A stretch of DNA of 64,000 bases from an uncultured Verrucomicrobiales bacterium (GCA_937916505.1 CALFSW010000050.1:173-64172); one strand, 5' to 3'; counted from the stretch's first letter, positions 25,917 through 35,951 are shown. Notes: a model not told the origin generated them from the letters alone. Program-made: numbers and translations.

Positions 25917-26912
25917 ATGTCAGAAAACGCTACCTTCGCTCAAATCGGTGAGGCTTTTGAGTCCCACCAGTCCTTTGCTGTTGTCAGTCATGTCCGTCCC
26001 GACGGAGATGCCATTGGTTCCATTCTAGCTCTTGGGCATGCTCTGGAGCAGATGGGGAAATCGGTGAGATACTTGAATAACGACGGATGTCCGGAGAGTC
26101 TCGCTTTTCTACCGGGTTCGGAAAAGGTTGAGATTTCTGCTGAAGCGAAAGAGGTGGAGGTGGAAGTTGCCATCACTCTGGACACGGCGGCTCATGCCCG
26201 GGTTGGGGAAGGAAGCCTGGAGGCGATCAAAAATGCGAAGCTCCTCATTAATATTGATCATCACATTTCCAATCCCGGTTACGGGGATTTGAACTACATT
26301 GATTCCAACAGTCCGGCTACGGGACAGATCATTTATGATCTTTTGACGGCTTTGGATCTGCCAATCTCGGAGATCACCCGGGATTCCATCTATGTTGCGG
26401 TTTCGACGGATACGGGATCCTTCCAATATTCCGGGACGACCCAACGGACTTATGAAATGGCGGCCGATCTGGTGGGCCGTGGCTTGAAAGTCGGTGAGAT
26501 TAATCAATTGACGTATGACAACCAACCTTATCGCAAGGTTGAGTTGATGAGGGCTCTTTTAAATAAGCTGGATCGCAGTGAAGACGGTCACGTGGTGTGG
26601 TGGGATCTGCGAATGGAAACCAAGATGGAGTTGGAGTTGATCGATGACGATACCGAGGGAATGATCGATTTCATCCGGGCGGTGCAAGGAGTGGTCGTCG
26701 CGGTGTTTTTTGAGGATTTGGAGGGAGGAAAGATTCGTGTCTCGATGCGCTCGAAAGACAAACGGATCAATGTGAGTGAGATTTGTGGAATCTTTGGCGG
26801 AGGTGGTCATGCTCTTGCGGCGGGAATCCGAATGGCCGGACCTTTGGAGTCCGCCCGCGAAAAAGTTCTCGACGAGGTTTCTGCGGCGATCGCCCGGGAA
26901 GGACTTGTATAA
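25917..26912 (+). CDS. nrnA: DHH-family phosphoesterase, NrnA-like oligoribonuclease/pAp phosphatase
   Basis: SHVRPDGDAIGS, NIDHH, STDTGSF and a DHHA1 tail with GGGGHALAAG. Confidence 0.8.
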   Translation: MSENATFAQIGEAFESHQSFAVVSHVRPDGDAIGSILALGHALEQMGKSVRYLNNDGCPESLAFLPGSEKVEISAEAKEVEVEVAITLDTAAHARVGEGSLEAIKNAKLLINIDHHISNPGYGDLNYIDSNSPATGQIIYDLLTALDLPISEITRDSIYVAVSTDTGSFQYSGTTQRTYEMAADLVGRGLKVGEINQLTYDNQPYRKVELMRALLNKLDRSEDGHVVWWDLRMETKMELELIDDDTEGMIDFIRAVQGVVVAVFFEDLEGGKIRVSMRSKDKRINVSEICGIFGGGGHALAAGIRMAGPLESAREKVLDEVSAAIAREGLV

Positions 26913-26925
26913 TTTTCGAAATATC

Positions 26926-27651
26926 ATGCAAAATCAGAATGACTTACCCAGCGGGGTTCTCTTGATCGACAAGGCACCCGGGATGACTTCCCACGATGTC
27001 GTGGCGATCGCTCGTCGTCAGCTCAATATGAAAAAGATTGGCCACTGCGGGACGCTTGATCCCATGGCAACCGGGCTTCTCATGCTCGTCATCAATCGGG
27101 CGACGAAGATTCAAGATCTTTTGATGAGTGAAGACAAAACTTATACCGGAACGATCACTCTGGGAGCGACAACATCCACCCAGGATAAGGAGGGGGAGAT
27201 TGAAGAGGAGAAAGAAGTGCCCGAACTGAGTGATGCAGATCTTAAGGCGGCCTTTGATCACTACTTGGGAGATTTTGAGCAAATCCCGCCCATGGTTTCT
27301 GCTATTAAGCAAAACGGGGTGCCGCTTTACAAGCTGGCCCGCAAGGGGCAGGTGGTGGAGCGCAAGCCCCGTCCGGTGTCTGTGAGAAATTATCAGTTGG
27401 GCCGTGTGGAGTTACCCGAGATTGATTTCACGGTAGATTGTACCAAGGGGTTTTATGTGCGAACTTATGCGCATGACATTGGCCAGCGGCTTGGTTGTGG
27501 TGCCCACCTGAGCGCGTTGAGGAGAACCCGGTCTGGAAAATTCAACTTGGAGCGTGCGGTTCCAGTCGAAGTGCTCAAAGAGGCTAGCCGGGAGGATTTA
27601 GTGAACTCTTTCGTAAGCTTGGCCGAAATTTCCCTGATGCGGGGAGCATAA
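26926..27651 (+). CDS. truB: tRNA pseudouridine(55) synthase
   Basis: GVLLIDKAPGMTSHDVV and the catalytic GHCGTLDPMATGLL. ATG 26926 lies 13 nt after the nrnA stop; the track ORF extension overlaps nrnA. Confidence 0.9.
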   Translation: MQNQNDLPSGVLLIDKAPGMTSHDVVAIARRQLNMKKIGHCGTLDPMATGLLMLVINRATKIQDLLMSEDKTYTGTITLGATTSTQDKEGEIEEEKEVPELSDADLKAAFDHYLGDFEQIPPMVSAIKQNGVPLYKLARKGQVVERKPRPVSVRNYQLGRVELPEIDFTVDCTKGFYVRTYAHDIGQRLGCGAHLSALRRTRSGKFNLERAVPVEVLKEASREDLVNSFVSLAEISLMRGA

Positions 27652-27689
27652 TCCTGTGCCAGTTTCCCGCACCCCGTTCAGAAAGTGTC

Positions 27690-28286
27690 ATGAACCGACT
27701 TCCGAAGATTTTCCTCATTCTGAGTCTGCCGCTCTACGTGCTTGATCAGATCACCAAGTGGTGGGTCGTTTTTCGATTCCACGAGCCACTGGCCTCTGAT
27801 TTTCATACACCCGATCCCCCGGTCGAGGTCATCGAGGGCTTTCTTTGGTGGTGGCGAATTCACAACCAGGGGGTGGCGTTTGGAATGGGCAATGGCACGA
27901 CCTGGGCACCGATTGTGTTCTTGTTTGTCCTCATTGCGGCTTTAGTGATCATTACGACTTTCTGGAGAAAGGGCGCATTTGCGAATGCTCCGGCCAAGCT
28001 TGCGGCGGCTCTTTTGGTTGCTGGCGTCGTAGGGAATCTTACCGATCGTCTCTTGCAGGGCTTTTGGTTGGAGCAACACGAGGAAAAGTCCTTCATGACG
28101 CGCCTGTCGAAGGGATACGTGGTCGACTTTATTCGAGTAAAGCTTCCCGGATATGAGAGGATTTCACCCAAGAGCGGTGGCTTTTTCCCGACGTTCAATG
28201 TGGCGGATTCCTGCATATCGATTGCAGCGGTTTTGCTCTTTGTCTCGGCTTTCCGTCCGGAGGATGATAAGGATCACGGAAGATGA
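27690..28286 (+). CDS. lspA: lipoprotein signal peptidase II
   Basis: LDQITKW, HNQGVAFG, GNLTDR, VVDFI and FNVADSCI motifs with 4 TM segments. Confidence 0.9.
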   Translation: MNRLPKIFLILSLPLYVLDQITKWWVVFRFHEPLASDFHTPDPPVEVIEGFLWWWRIHNQGVAFGMGNGTTWAPIVFLFVLIAALVIITTFWRKGAFANAPAKLAAALLVAGVVGNLTDRLLQGFWLEQHEEKSFMTRLSKGYVVDFIRVKLPGYERISPKSGGFFPTFNVADSCISIAAVLLFVSAFRPEDDKDHGR

Positions 28287-29062
28287 AGGAGATTTTCCGA
28301 TTCGTGGGACGGTGGCTTTTGATGTTCCATTTGGGGGTTGGGTCTCCGCTCTTGGCAAAAAAGGTCGAACTCGGTGAACCTCCGGCCAATCACGTCTGGG
28401 ATCGGGACAATTTATTTCGAGACGATCCTGAGATGATCAAGGCGATATCCCGGGCTTTGAAATCGGTGGATGAGGAGTATGGGATGAGGGTCTATCTTGT
28501 CACTCATTCGGATGTCATCGCAGAGAAGCCGGCTCCTTTTGCGATGAGGTGTCAAGATGTCTGGCTGGGGGAGAAGAGCGAAGGGCTGTTTTTTGTTTTG
28601 AGTTTGAACGGGGGAGTACAAGGAGTGGTGGGCTACTCGGCCAACCTTTACAACGGGCATTTTTTTGAAAATGGGATGATGTCACGTCTGCCTTATTCTG
28701 ATCTTCAGAGTGTCGTTGAGAAAGGACTCGTGGAGTTGATGAAGAAAGAGGAGCAAGTGGAAAAGGTCCATGTTTACTCTTTAACCGTTGTGGATGAGTT
28801 GAAGAAGAGGCTCTCTCGTCAGGAGAAGAAGGATCATGGGGAGGAAGAGGAGGCCTTGATGGGTTGGATGGCCCTTGCTCTGATCGCATGCGGGATGCTG
28901 ATTGCCTTCGTGTCGAAGCTCGACGGTTCAGCGGAGCGCCGTTCACGACGGACCTATCATTTTCCCGAGTTTACGGTGCCGCAACGGCTCAAAGCCTCCA
29001 ACGGAGGAGGGAAAATCAGTTTGATTGATTTTGGGATTCCTCCTTCTTCTGACGGGCGATGA
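28283..29062 (+). CDS. hypothetical membrane-anchored protein, weakly TPM/DUF477-like
   Basis: Signal/anchor segment, a domain resembling the TPM fold pattern (D..NLF..D...I...L...D.EYGMRVYLVT ... GLFFVLSLNGG), then one TM segment (WMALALIACGMLIAFV). The start overlaps the lspA stop (ATGA). Confidence 0.35.
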   Translation: MKEIFRFVGRWLLMFHLGVGSPLLAKKVELGEPPANHVWDRDNLFRDDPEMIKAISRALKSVDEEYGMRVYLVTHSDVIAEKPAPFAMRCQDVWLGEKSEGLFFVLSLNGGVQGVVGYSANLYNGHFFENGMMSRLPYSDLQSVVEKGLVELMKKEEQVEKVHVYSLTVVDELKKRLSRQEKKDHGEEEEALMGWMALALIACGMLIAFVSKLDGSAERRSRRTYHFPEFTVPQRLKASNGGGKISLIDFGIPPSSDGR

Positions 29063-29630
29063 CTTTGGCCTTGGCCCTTTGATAGCGGGTTTTAGGCAGG
29101 ATTTTAGGCATCAGGGCCGAGAAAAGGTAGACGGTGGGGAAGGCGAGGATGAAGAGGAGGAAGCCCATCGAGAGAAATCCCAAAATAAAGCTCCCTCCGT
29201 TGAGAAATTTTCCTTCCCAGCCGGGGAAGAAGCTAAGGGAGATTTTGATTTTCTCGAAAATGGGGTGGATGGGGATGTGAAGGCTGTCCCGGAGAAAGTC
29301 TCCAAAACTTTCCTGGACGAGCATGATCGGAAGGTGGGTGAGGGGATTGGTGACCCAGCAGGCAGCCAGGGCGATGGGGATATTCGCTCGAAAAAAGACC
29401 GACCAAATCCCGGCAAGAAGCATTTGTCCGGGCATGGGCAATTGGGAGACAAACAATCCGATGGCGACGCCAGTGGCAACCGAGTTCCGGCACGGGTGCC
29501 AAAGTTCCCGCTCGAACATCGGTTTGATGCTCTTTTGAAGCCATGCCTTGCGCTTCATTCCGGGGCTCCGCAGGAAGCGGTAGACCTTCCGAACGATGCG
29601 GAGATAGCGTCTTTTTAATCCGGGGACCAT
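29016..29630 (-). CDS. DUF2062-family membrane protein
   Basis: SVATGVAIGLFVSQLPMPGQMLLAGIWSVFFRANIPIALAACWVTNPLT is the DUF2062 core. I prefer ATG 29630 over 29693, which overlaps the rluD stop. The 3' end overlaps the convergent gene by 47 nt. Confidence 0.6.
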   Translation of the reverse strand: MVPGLKRRYLRIVRKVYRFLRSPGMKRKAWLQKSIKPMFERELWHPCRNSVATGVAIGLFVSQLPMPGQMLLAGIWSVFFRANIPIALAACWVTNPLTHLPIMLVQESFGDFLRDSLHIPIHPIFEKIKISLSFFPGWEGKFLNGGSFILGFLSMGFLLFILAFPTVYLFSALMPKILPKTRYQRAKAKVIARQKKEESQNQSN

Positions 29631-29686
29631 GGGAGTTACAACGTGACTGAAAGAGGATTGTCTGAGGAGGGCGGGATTTTCAAGAA

Positions 29687-30652
29687 CTACCAAAGGGCGT
29701 CGAATTCCTTGTGGTTACGAATCAAACGAATTTGTCGGAGGCGCTCTGTCACCTTATCGGCCCAAGTCTGAAATTCTTGGGGAATGGGTGCTTCTTGTTG
29801 GATCCATTCACCGGTTGCAGGATGGGTGATTCCCAGGCGCCAGGCGTGGAGCATGAGACGGTTCGTGGCGATGGGTTGACGGGCCGGTTTACTGTAGATG
29901 GGGTCTCCAAGAAGAGGGTGTCCGAGGTAGCGATTGTGAACCCGGATCTGATGGGTTCGCCCGGTGTGCAAAGCACATAGGACCAGTGAGGTACCATTGT
30001 TGGCAGTGTGAAGCAGGTGGATATCCGTGATGGCAGGTTTCCCGGCTCCGGGGTTGCAGACATCCATTCGCTGGCGGTGTATCGGGTGGCGGGCGATGTT
30101 GTTAAAGACGGTTTGGTGAGCTATCTTGGGAGGAGACTGGATCACCGCGAGATAGAGCTTGGCAGTTTTTCGATCTGCGAACTGTCCGACCAGATTTTTT
30201 AGGGAGGTATTTGTCTTTGCTGCCACGATGCAACCCGAGGTGTCTTTGTCGAGCCGGTGAACGATCCCGGGCCGGCCATCGCCACCTTCGGAGGCAAGAT
30301 TTCCGGCACAATGATGGAGGAGGGCATTGACGAGGGTCCCGTTGCTATTACCCGCCGCCGGATGAACGACCATGCCGTGGGCTTTGTTCAGGATGATGAT
30401 TTCATCGTCTTCGAAGAGGACCGAAAGTGGAATGTCCTGGGCCTCCGGTTTGACGTCCGGTTCCTCGGGGATGGAAACTGAAATGGTGTCACCGTTCTTT
30501 AAAGCAGCCCGGGCCTTGACTGATTTTTCGTTGAGGAGAATATGCCCCTCTTTGATCAAGTTCTGAATCTTCGAGCGGGAGAGACCGGAAAGCCTTCCGG
30601 CAAGGAAGGCATCGAGTCGTTGACCGGGGGAATCTGAGACGGTGAAGATCAC
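29687..30652 (-). CDS. rluD: RluA-family 23S rRNA pseudouridine synthase (RluD-like)
   Basis: S4 domain (RLDAFLAGRLSGLSRSKIQNLIKEGHILLNEK) and catalytic HRLDKDTSG. I prefer GTG 30652 because the longer track ORF (to 30799) overlaps the upstream gene and is S-rich. Confidence 0.8.
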   Translation of the reverse strand: MIFTVSDSPGQRLDAFLAGRLSGLSRSKIQNLIKEGHILLNEKSVKARAALKNGDTISVSIPEEPDVKPEAQDIPLSVLFEDDEIIILNKAHGMVVHPAAGNSNGTLVNALLHHCAGNLASEGGDGRPGIVHRLDKDTSGCIVAAKTNTSLKNLVGQFADRKTAKLYLAVIQSPPKIAHQTVFNNIARHPIHRQRMDVCNPGAGKPAITDIHLLHTANNGTSLVLCALHTGRTHQIRVHNRYLGHPLLGDPIYSKPARQPIATNRLMLHAWRLGITHPATGEWIQQEAPIPQEFQTWADKVTERLRQIRLIRNHKEFDALW

Positions 30653-30662
30653 GGCATTCGGA

Positions 30663-31271
30663 CTACCCCCGAAAGAGGATGAGGACGCCGACGAAAAGGC
30701 AGCCGACGAGGTTTGCCACAAGGTCCCAGCAGGTGTTGATGTATCCTCCGACATTGGTTTCGGGGAGGCTGATGACAGCGATGAATTCGATGATCTCATT
30801 GAGAGCTCCCAAGCCCATTCCGGCGAAAACGCAGAGGAAGATCATGCCCATCGAGGGATAGAGTTTTCGGCCCAGCCGTTGTTGAACACTGGCCCGAAGA
30901 GCCTCCCAGATCAGCCAAGTGCAGGTGCCAAATCCATAAGCATGGACGAGGTGGTCGTATTTCAACCATTGGCCGATGACCCACCATGAATAGAGGACCT
31001 GTTGATCGCCGTCGTAAGCCCATTCATCGGGAATTTTGACAAGGCCGCCCGCAAGATGTGAGGCACCCCAGAGGGTGAGGCACCAGAGGAGGGTCTTCGT
31101 GAAATTTACCCGGCTATGCATGAACGCCACGACCCCGGCGATGATGATGAAGAATGGAATATAGACCTTCAGGAATTCCCAATTTTGCTGGGTGACGGCA
31201 GCACTGATCGCAGCAACGAGATAGAATGCTGCGACAAGAATGACGGAGCGTGGAAAACGTGCTTTCTTCAT
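30663..31271 (-). CDS. polytopic membrane protein, possibly DUF2238/YjdF-like
   Basis: About 6 TM helices, with a YDHLVHAYGFG motif reminiscent of YjdF-type proteins. This assignment is weak. Confidence 0.4.
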   Translation of the reverse strand: MKKARFPRSVILVAAFYLVAAISAAVTQQNWEFLKVYIPFFIIIAGVVAFMHSRVNFTKTLLWCLTLWGASHLAGGLVKIPDEWAYDGDQQVLYSWWVIGQWLKYDHLVHAYGFGTCTWLIWEALRASVQQRLGRKLYPSMGMIFLCVFAGMGLGALNEIIEFIAVISLPETNVGGYINTCWDLVANLVGCLFVGVLILFRG

Positions 31272-31295
31272 GGCTGTGGTGGAAGTTAGAAGAGA

Positions 31296-32096
31296 TTAGG
31301 TTGGAGCGCGAGGTGAAACCACTTTTTGAAGGGAAATGAGATGGTAGCTCAAATCCCGGGTTTTGTATGTGAGGCGGAGAAGAGGAAAAGTCCAGAGGAG
31401 GGCGGGACGTGAGCAAATCTGACGGAAGAGTATTGGGAGACTGCGGGGCTTTCTGAGAGGCAGCAGGAGGGATTGGAACAAGAGGTGGGTCCAGGTGGGG
31501 GCGACTTTTTGGGAGAGGTCCTGATGAACCAAGAGTGTGAATCCCGCCCCTTTCGCTGACTCAATGAGTGAATCAAGTGAGCGCCAAGGCGGAAGGTCTC
31601 CTGAATGGGCAAGATGTCGAAGGATGGGCAGGCTACCTGTTTCAGAGAACCAGTCGGCGATCACCAATCTTGCTCCGGGTTTCAGGGCCGAAGCTGTTTT
31701 TTTGAGAAAGGCTGGAAAGGATGGAAAGTGGGAGAGGCTTTCGATGGCAATGGCACCGTCGAGGGACTCCGCCTCCAGCTTTTGATCGAGCCAGTCGCCC
31801 GAAAGGATGGAGAGTCTGGGAGCGGGCACAATCTGACGCGCCTGGACTTTTGAATTTGTGCAGGCAAGAATTTTTCCGGGGGATTCGTTAATGATGCGAT
31901 GAGCGAGAACTCCGTATCCGCAGCCGATGTCGGCAATTCGACCCGATGGTTTGAGGAGAGAGAGGGCCGCGGTAAGGAGATTTTCTTTTGCTTGAAGCGC
32001 CGTTTCACGGGTATCGAGCCACAAGCCGTGATGGAGGGAGGTTCCCCATATTTCGCGGTAGAGACGATCGAGATCATCGTAGAGTCGGGCAGACAT
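31296..32096 (-). CDS. class I SAM-dependent methyltransferase
   Basis: Motif I IADIGCGYGVLA, and a post-I/II pattern ending in GARLVIADW. Confidence 0.75.
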   Translation of the reverse strand: MSARLYDDLDRLYREIWGTSLHHGLWLDTRETALQAKENLLTAALSLLKPSGRIADIGCGYGVLAHRIINESPGKILACTNSKVQARQIVPAPRLSILSGDWLDQKLEAESLDGAIAIESLSHFPSFPAFLKKTASALKPGARLVIADWFSETGSLPILRHLAHSGDLPPWRSLDSLIESAKGAGFTLLVHQDLSQKVAPTWTHLLFQSLLLPLRKPRSLPILFRQICSRPALLWTFPLLRLTYKTRDLSYHLISLQKVVSPRAPT

Positions 32097-32099
32097 GGA

Positions 32100-33689
32100 T
32101 CAGATGAAAAAAGCGAGCAGACAAAGTCCCCCGGCGATGAGATCGCGGAGGCTTAAGCAGTTGGTGCCGGATGATTTCCGGAGGAATTTGAAGAGAGCTC
32201 CGGTGGGGCAGCCGTATTTGCAATAGGCCAGTGGGCTGAATATGGAGGAGATGAGCCCAAGGATCGCAATGACAATGGTGGCAAGTCCGGCGGAGCGCCA
32301 GAGCCAGGCATCGAAGCCTTCCCAGTCGGCGGGATTCCATGAAGCCCCCAGGATGACCGAGGCTACAAGGATGATGAGGAGGAGGGACGGGAGGTGAGTG
32401 AGGAGACGGTGGATTTTGGCCGGTATTTTGAGAGGCTTGACCGGGAGCTTGCCAAGCCAACGTTGGAGGAAGCCATGGGGGCAGAGTTGGTGACAGTAGA
32501 GCTGATGGCCGGAAGCCCAGGGGATGAGGAGGGCCGCCGCGGCGAGAAAGACGAGGCCCCAGGAATCCAGAAAGGGGAGACCGTGGCGCGCCCAGCCCAA
32601 CAGGAGAGCCTGGGAGAGGAGGTCGCCCAGGAGGATGCCGAGGAGGATGACGACAGTCACTTGCCAGAGAATGCGGGCGAGGGGATGGCCCCGGATTTTA
32701 GTGAAGGAGAACAGGAATGCTCCGAGGGTGAGGGTGAAAAGTGAGAGATTGCGCCACGGGATTTTTCGGGAGATGGGAGCGCGGTCGGACTCGAAGCGGG
32801 CGAGGCGGCGGGCGACACTTTCGGCGATGGCCCAGGAGGTGTGGGTGGCTCCACTGACTCCTTCAATTTGTGATTGGTCGATGGCCAGAATCCCGTCGAT
32901 GGTCATGCCATTGTAGAGATCGAGGTAATTTTGATCATCGAGAATACGTTCGTAGTATTCCTCGTTGTCATAGCTTTTACGGAAGCGGAGGCGGGTGACC
33001 TTGGTGGCGGTTTTATCGAGAACGATGAGGACGTCGGTTGGTCCCTGATATCCGTGAAAGTATTCCTGGGTGGGCGCGGTGCGCAGGGCGTGGCCAATGA
33101 TGGATCCCGAATCATCCTTCATTACTTTGACATCGGGCCAGTTGGGGTGGGGCTCCACGGTGGACGCTTCGGGAAGCTCGGCGGGGAGGATATCAGTGGG
33201 GAACAGGCGGGAGGTGCTGAGGCCACCAAGGCGTTCGATGATCCCACGGCTGATCGCGGAACTGGTCAGGGTAGAGCCGGTTACGGCATCGATGTCGGGA
33301 TTTCCCGGAGAACCCAAGCTGAGGCCCACGTGGGAATTCCAAAACTTATCGTCGTCAATGATTGCCTGGACATGGTCGGGGGTATCGGCGGAGTGGACGA
33401 TCTTGGTGTCAGTGACTTTGCCAGTCCGGTCCAGAGCCAGCGCAACGTTGGTTGGGCCCGAATATCCCTTGAGATGGTCGGTGGAGGGGGAGGTGGTGAG
33501 GAAATATCCAAGAGGTTTGCCTTCTTCGTTGAAGACCTGATCCTCTTCAATGCGGGTGCCGTTCGGGAAGAGGAGGCGGAAGTCACACTGTTGGGGAGTG
33601 ACTTGTGCCCTCTCAAAAATGAGCCAGGCAATCGCGATGATGACCGCAAGGCGGTAAAGCCGAACCCAAAGATGTTTCGGTTTCGGCAT
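32100..33689 (-). CDS. membrane protein with two periplasmic FMN-bind domains and a polyferredoxin-type (CxxxCP) TM region, NosR/NapH-like
   Basis: N-terminal TM segment, then two FMN_bind-like modules ending DAVTGSTLTSSA and EGVSGATHTSWA (the flavinylation-type [ST]GA[ST] context). TM helices follow, carrying CHQLCPHG and CKYGCPTG. Confidence 0.65.
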   Translation of the reverse strand: MPKPKHLWVRLYRLAVIIAIAWLIFERAQVTPQQCDFRLLFPNGTRIEEDQVFNEEGKPLGYFLTTSPSTDHLKGYSGPTNVALALDRTGKVTDTKIVHSADTPDHVQAIIDDDKFWNSHVGLSLGSPGNPDIDAVTGSTLTSSAISRGIIERLGGLSTSRLFPTDILPAELPEASTVEPHPNWPDVKVMKDDSGSIIGHALRTAPTQEYFHGYQGPTDVLIVLDKTATKVTRLRFRKSYDNEEYYERILDDQNYLDLYNGMTIDGILAIDQSQIEGVSGATHTSWAIAESVARRLARFESDRAPISRKIPWRNLSLFTLTLGAFLFSFTKIRGHPLARILWQVTVVILLGILLGDLLSQALLLGWARHGLPFLDSWGLVFLAAAALLIPWASGHQLYCHQLCPHGFLQRWLGKLPVKPLKIPAKIHRLLTHLPSLLLIILVASVILGASWNPADWEGFDAWLWRSAGLATIVIAILGLISSIFSPLAYCKYGCPTGALFKFLRKSSGTNCLSLRDLIAGGLCLLAFFI

Positions 33690-33698
33690 GAGGAGAGA

Positions 33699-35951
33699 TT
33701 ACTCGGCTTTCAGGAGTTGAACGGCGTCGATGTGGAGATTGCCCGGTGCTTTTGAGGTGATGGTCAGTTCGCCGGGGAGGACATCGACAAATTCAAAGGT
33801 TCCGAGAGAAGTGTAGGTTTTCCGAGCCGGAGTTTTTGTCTGGTCAAGGGAGATCGTTTCCCTTCCCTGGGCGTGAGTCAGGGCGAGTTCAGCTGCCGTG
33901 GTGCGGTTTGGGTGATGCAACCAGTGGACACGGACCTCGTATTTTCCGGAGTCTTTGATGCGAATTTTGTAGGTCGCAGAAGCAGGGTGCGGGGCATATT
34001 GGTAACCCAAACCGTGGTTGGGTTTGAGGTTGTCCCCTTTATTCCAGGAACCGGTTAATTTGGCTTTGGTGTCATCGACGACAAGTCCCTTCAAATTGAT
34101 GATGTTTTGTTTGGTTGGTTTCACCCGCAAGCCTCCTTCGGGAATCGGTGGAATAGTGAGGGGATCATTGATGGTAGCGCGGCGGGCACGGCCGGGCTGC
34201 TTCATGAGGTCGATGAGGATGGGGAGGTAGTTTTGATAAACTCCGCGCGGGGTGGTATCTTGTGTGGTCGCGATCCAGGCGGCTTTGCCAACGACTTCTC
34301 CCATCATGCCACAGGTGCGCATGACGCGGGTGGTGCCGAGGGCGCGTCGGTCGACGGAGACACAGCGTCCGGCCATGAAGAGGTTTCCGATATTCTTGGA
34401 GTAAAAGCAGCGGTAAGGGATGTTGTAACCAATTTGACGGTCAACCTTGCGGTCGTGGACGGCAATCGCGATGAAGGGGTTGTCCTTGGCGACGCCTTTC
34501 TCAAATTCCTTTTTGGGGTAATGGAGATCGATGGACCAGGTGGTGGGGACGCTGGCATCGGGGAAGACTTTTTTCGCGGCGATGTCGTCTCCGGTGAGAA
34601 TGACGTCTCCTTCGAGTCGTCGGGATTCGCGGTTCCCTCCGATGTAAGCCATCCACATGAGCCTGGTGTTGGGCTCGGACTGCTTCATATGGCTGAAGGC
34701 ACCGAAGTTGGCGCGGAGGTTCCAGTCGCGGATCTCCTCGAGGTCATTGATAGGGTGTTTGTCGTAGCCGCCTTCCCAGAACCATTCGGCTTTGCGAAAT
34801 TTTTCGTAAGGTCCGCGGGAGCCATGGAGGGTCGGGTAGTCTCCTTTTCCGAGGGGGAGTGCCCAGGGAGTTTTCGGCCAGTTGACCTTTTCGCCGGCAT
34901 CTTTTGCGGACCACATGTTGGACATTCCCATGTGGCCTTTTTCGGCCATCATGAATTTGGCGCCTGCTTGTGCGCCGATGGTGCCGTGCCCGGTGGCATC
35001 GCAGAAAAGGCGTCCGGCGATTCGTGTGAAGGTGCCGGAAGTGGTATCGACGGCATCGACTGAGTTGATCTGATTGTCGGAAGCATTGGTGCGGAAGGCG
35101 AAGTGGTTGAGGTAGAGGTCAACGTTGTCCTCGGCGCGAACGACTTTTTCCTTCAGATCATCGACAAATTCGCGAATGAGGCCGGGGGAGTCGCGTGAGA
35201 AATCGGAGAATTCGTTTACGATTTCACCGAGATGGGGGAATTTTCCGAGTTGGGTGCCTCCCATGGCCCAGACCTGGACTTCGGAGGATCCGTTGCCGCC
35301 AAGGACGGCGCGGTCGTGAATGAGGGCCACCTTAAGGCCGTGCCGGGCGGCGGAAAGGGCGGCTGCGAGGCCGGAGTAACCGCCACCAATGACAACAAGA
35401 TCGTAGTCACCTTTGACAGGAGGGACTGCGGGGAGATTGAGTTTTTGGCGGCGGAAATCAAAAAGGGGTTGTCCGTCGTTTGGCGGAGTTTCCTTGGCGT
35501 CCTTGGTGAAGTAAAGGGCATCGCAGCGGCCATTAAAGCCGGTGAGGTCGTGGAGTTTGAGAGTGGTCTTTTTCGTGGTGATTTCGACGGTGCCTCCGTT
35601 TTGCCAGTGCCATTGATCTCCTTTGGTGCCGAAGGCGGTGGTGGCGGGTTTGTCATTCATGCTGACTTTGAATTTTCCGGGAGTTCCGGGAGCGTTCCAT
35701 TTGGCGACCCAGTCCTTGGTCCGGACGTGGAGGTGGTAGGTGCCGGTTGAAGGGAAAACCACCTCGGTCGTGGCATCGGCAACAGGAGTGCCGAGTCCAT
35801 GAGCCATGAGGTAGGCCGACCCCATGTTGAGTATGAATTGGGAGTCGACGGACCATCCACCGCGGTCGGCGAAGGCTTCGGCTTCGACAAAGAGGGAGTC
35901 GGAGGCTGAAAGGGACGATGTAAGAAGGATGGAAAGGAAAGCTCGCTTCAT
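33699..35951 (-). CDS. exported FAD-dependent oxidoreductase flanked by N- and C-terminal beta-sandwich (CBM-like) modules
   Basis: Signal peptide MKRAFLSILLTSSLSA (start 35951). Dinucleotide fold DLVVIGGGYSGLAAALSAARHGLKVALI.DR..LGGN. The N-terminal ~150 aa and C-terminal ~130 aa are non-catalytic modules. Confidence 0.7.
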   Translation of the reverse strand: MKRAFLSILLTSSLSASDSLFVEAEAFADRGGWSVDSQFILNMGSAYLMAHGLGTPVADATTEVVFPSTGTYHLHVRTKDWVAKWNAPGTPGKFKVSMNDKPATTAFGTKGDQWHWQNGGTVEITTKKTTLKLHDLTGFNGRCDALYFTKDAKETPPNDGQPLFDFRRQKLNLPAVPPVKGDYDLVVIGGGYSGLAAALSAARHGLKVALIHDRAVLGGNGSSEVQVWAMGGTQLGKFPHLGEIVNEFSDFSRDSPGLIREFVDDLKEKVVRAEDNVDLYLNHFAFRTNASDNQINSVDAVDTTSGTFTRIAGRLFCDATGHGTIGAQAGAKFMMAEKGHMGMSNMWSAKDAGEKVNWPKTPWALPLGKGDYPTLHGSRGPYEKFRKAEWFWEGGYDKHPINDLEEIRDWNLRANFGAFSHMKQSEPNTRLMWMAYIGGNRESRRLEGDVILTGDDIAAKKVFPDASVPTTWSIDLHYPKKEFEKGVAKDNPFIAIAVHDRKVDRQIGYNIPYRCFYSKNIGNLFMAGRCVSVDRRALGTTRVMRTCGMMGEVVGKAAWIATTQDTTPRGVYQNYLPILIDLMKQPGRARRATINDPLTIPPIPEGGLRVKPTKQNIINLKGLVVDDTKAKLTGSWNKGDNLKPNHGLGYQYAPHPASATYKIRIKDSGKYEVRVHWLHHPNRTTAAELALTHAQGRETISLDQTKTPARKTYTSLGTFEFVDVLPGELTITSKAPGNLHIDAVQLLKAE

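Noticed and set aside
30653-30799. N-terminal extension of the rluD ORF.
   Set aside because: It overlaps the end of the upstream membrane-protein gene by up to 137 nt and is Ser-rich. GTG 30652 lies 10 nt after that gene's stop. The exact start remains uncertain.
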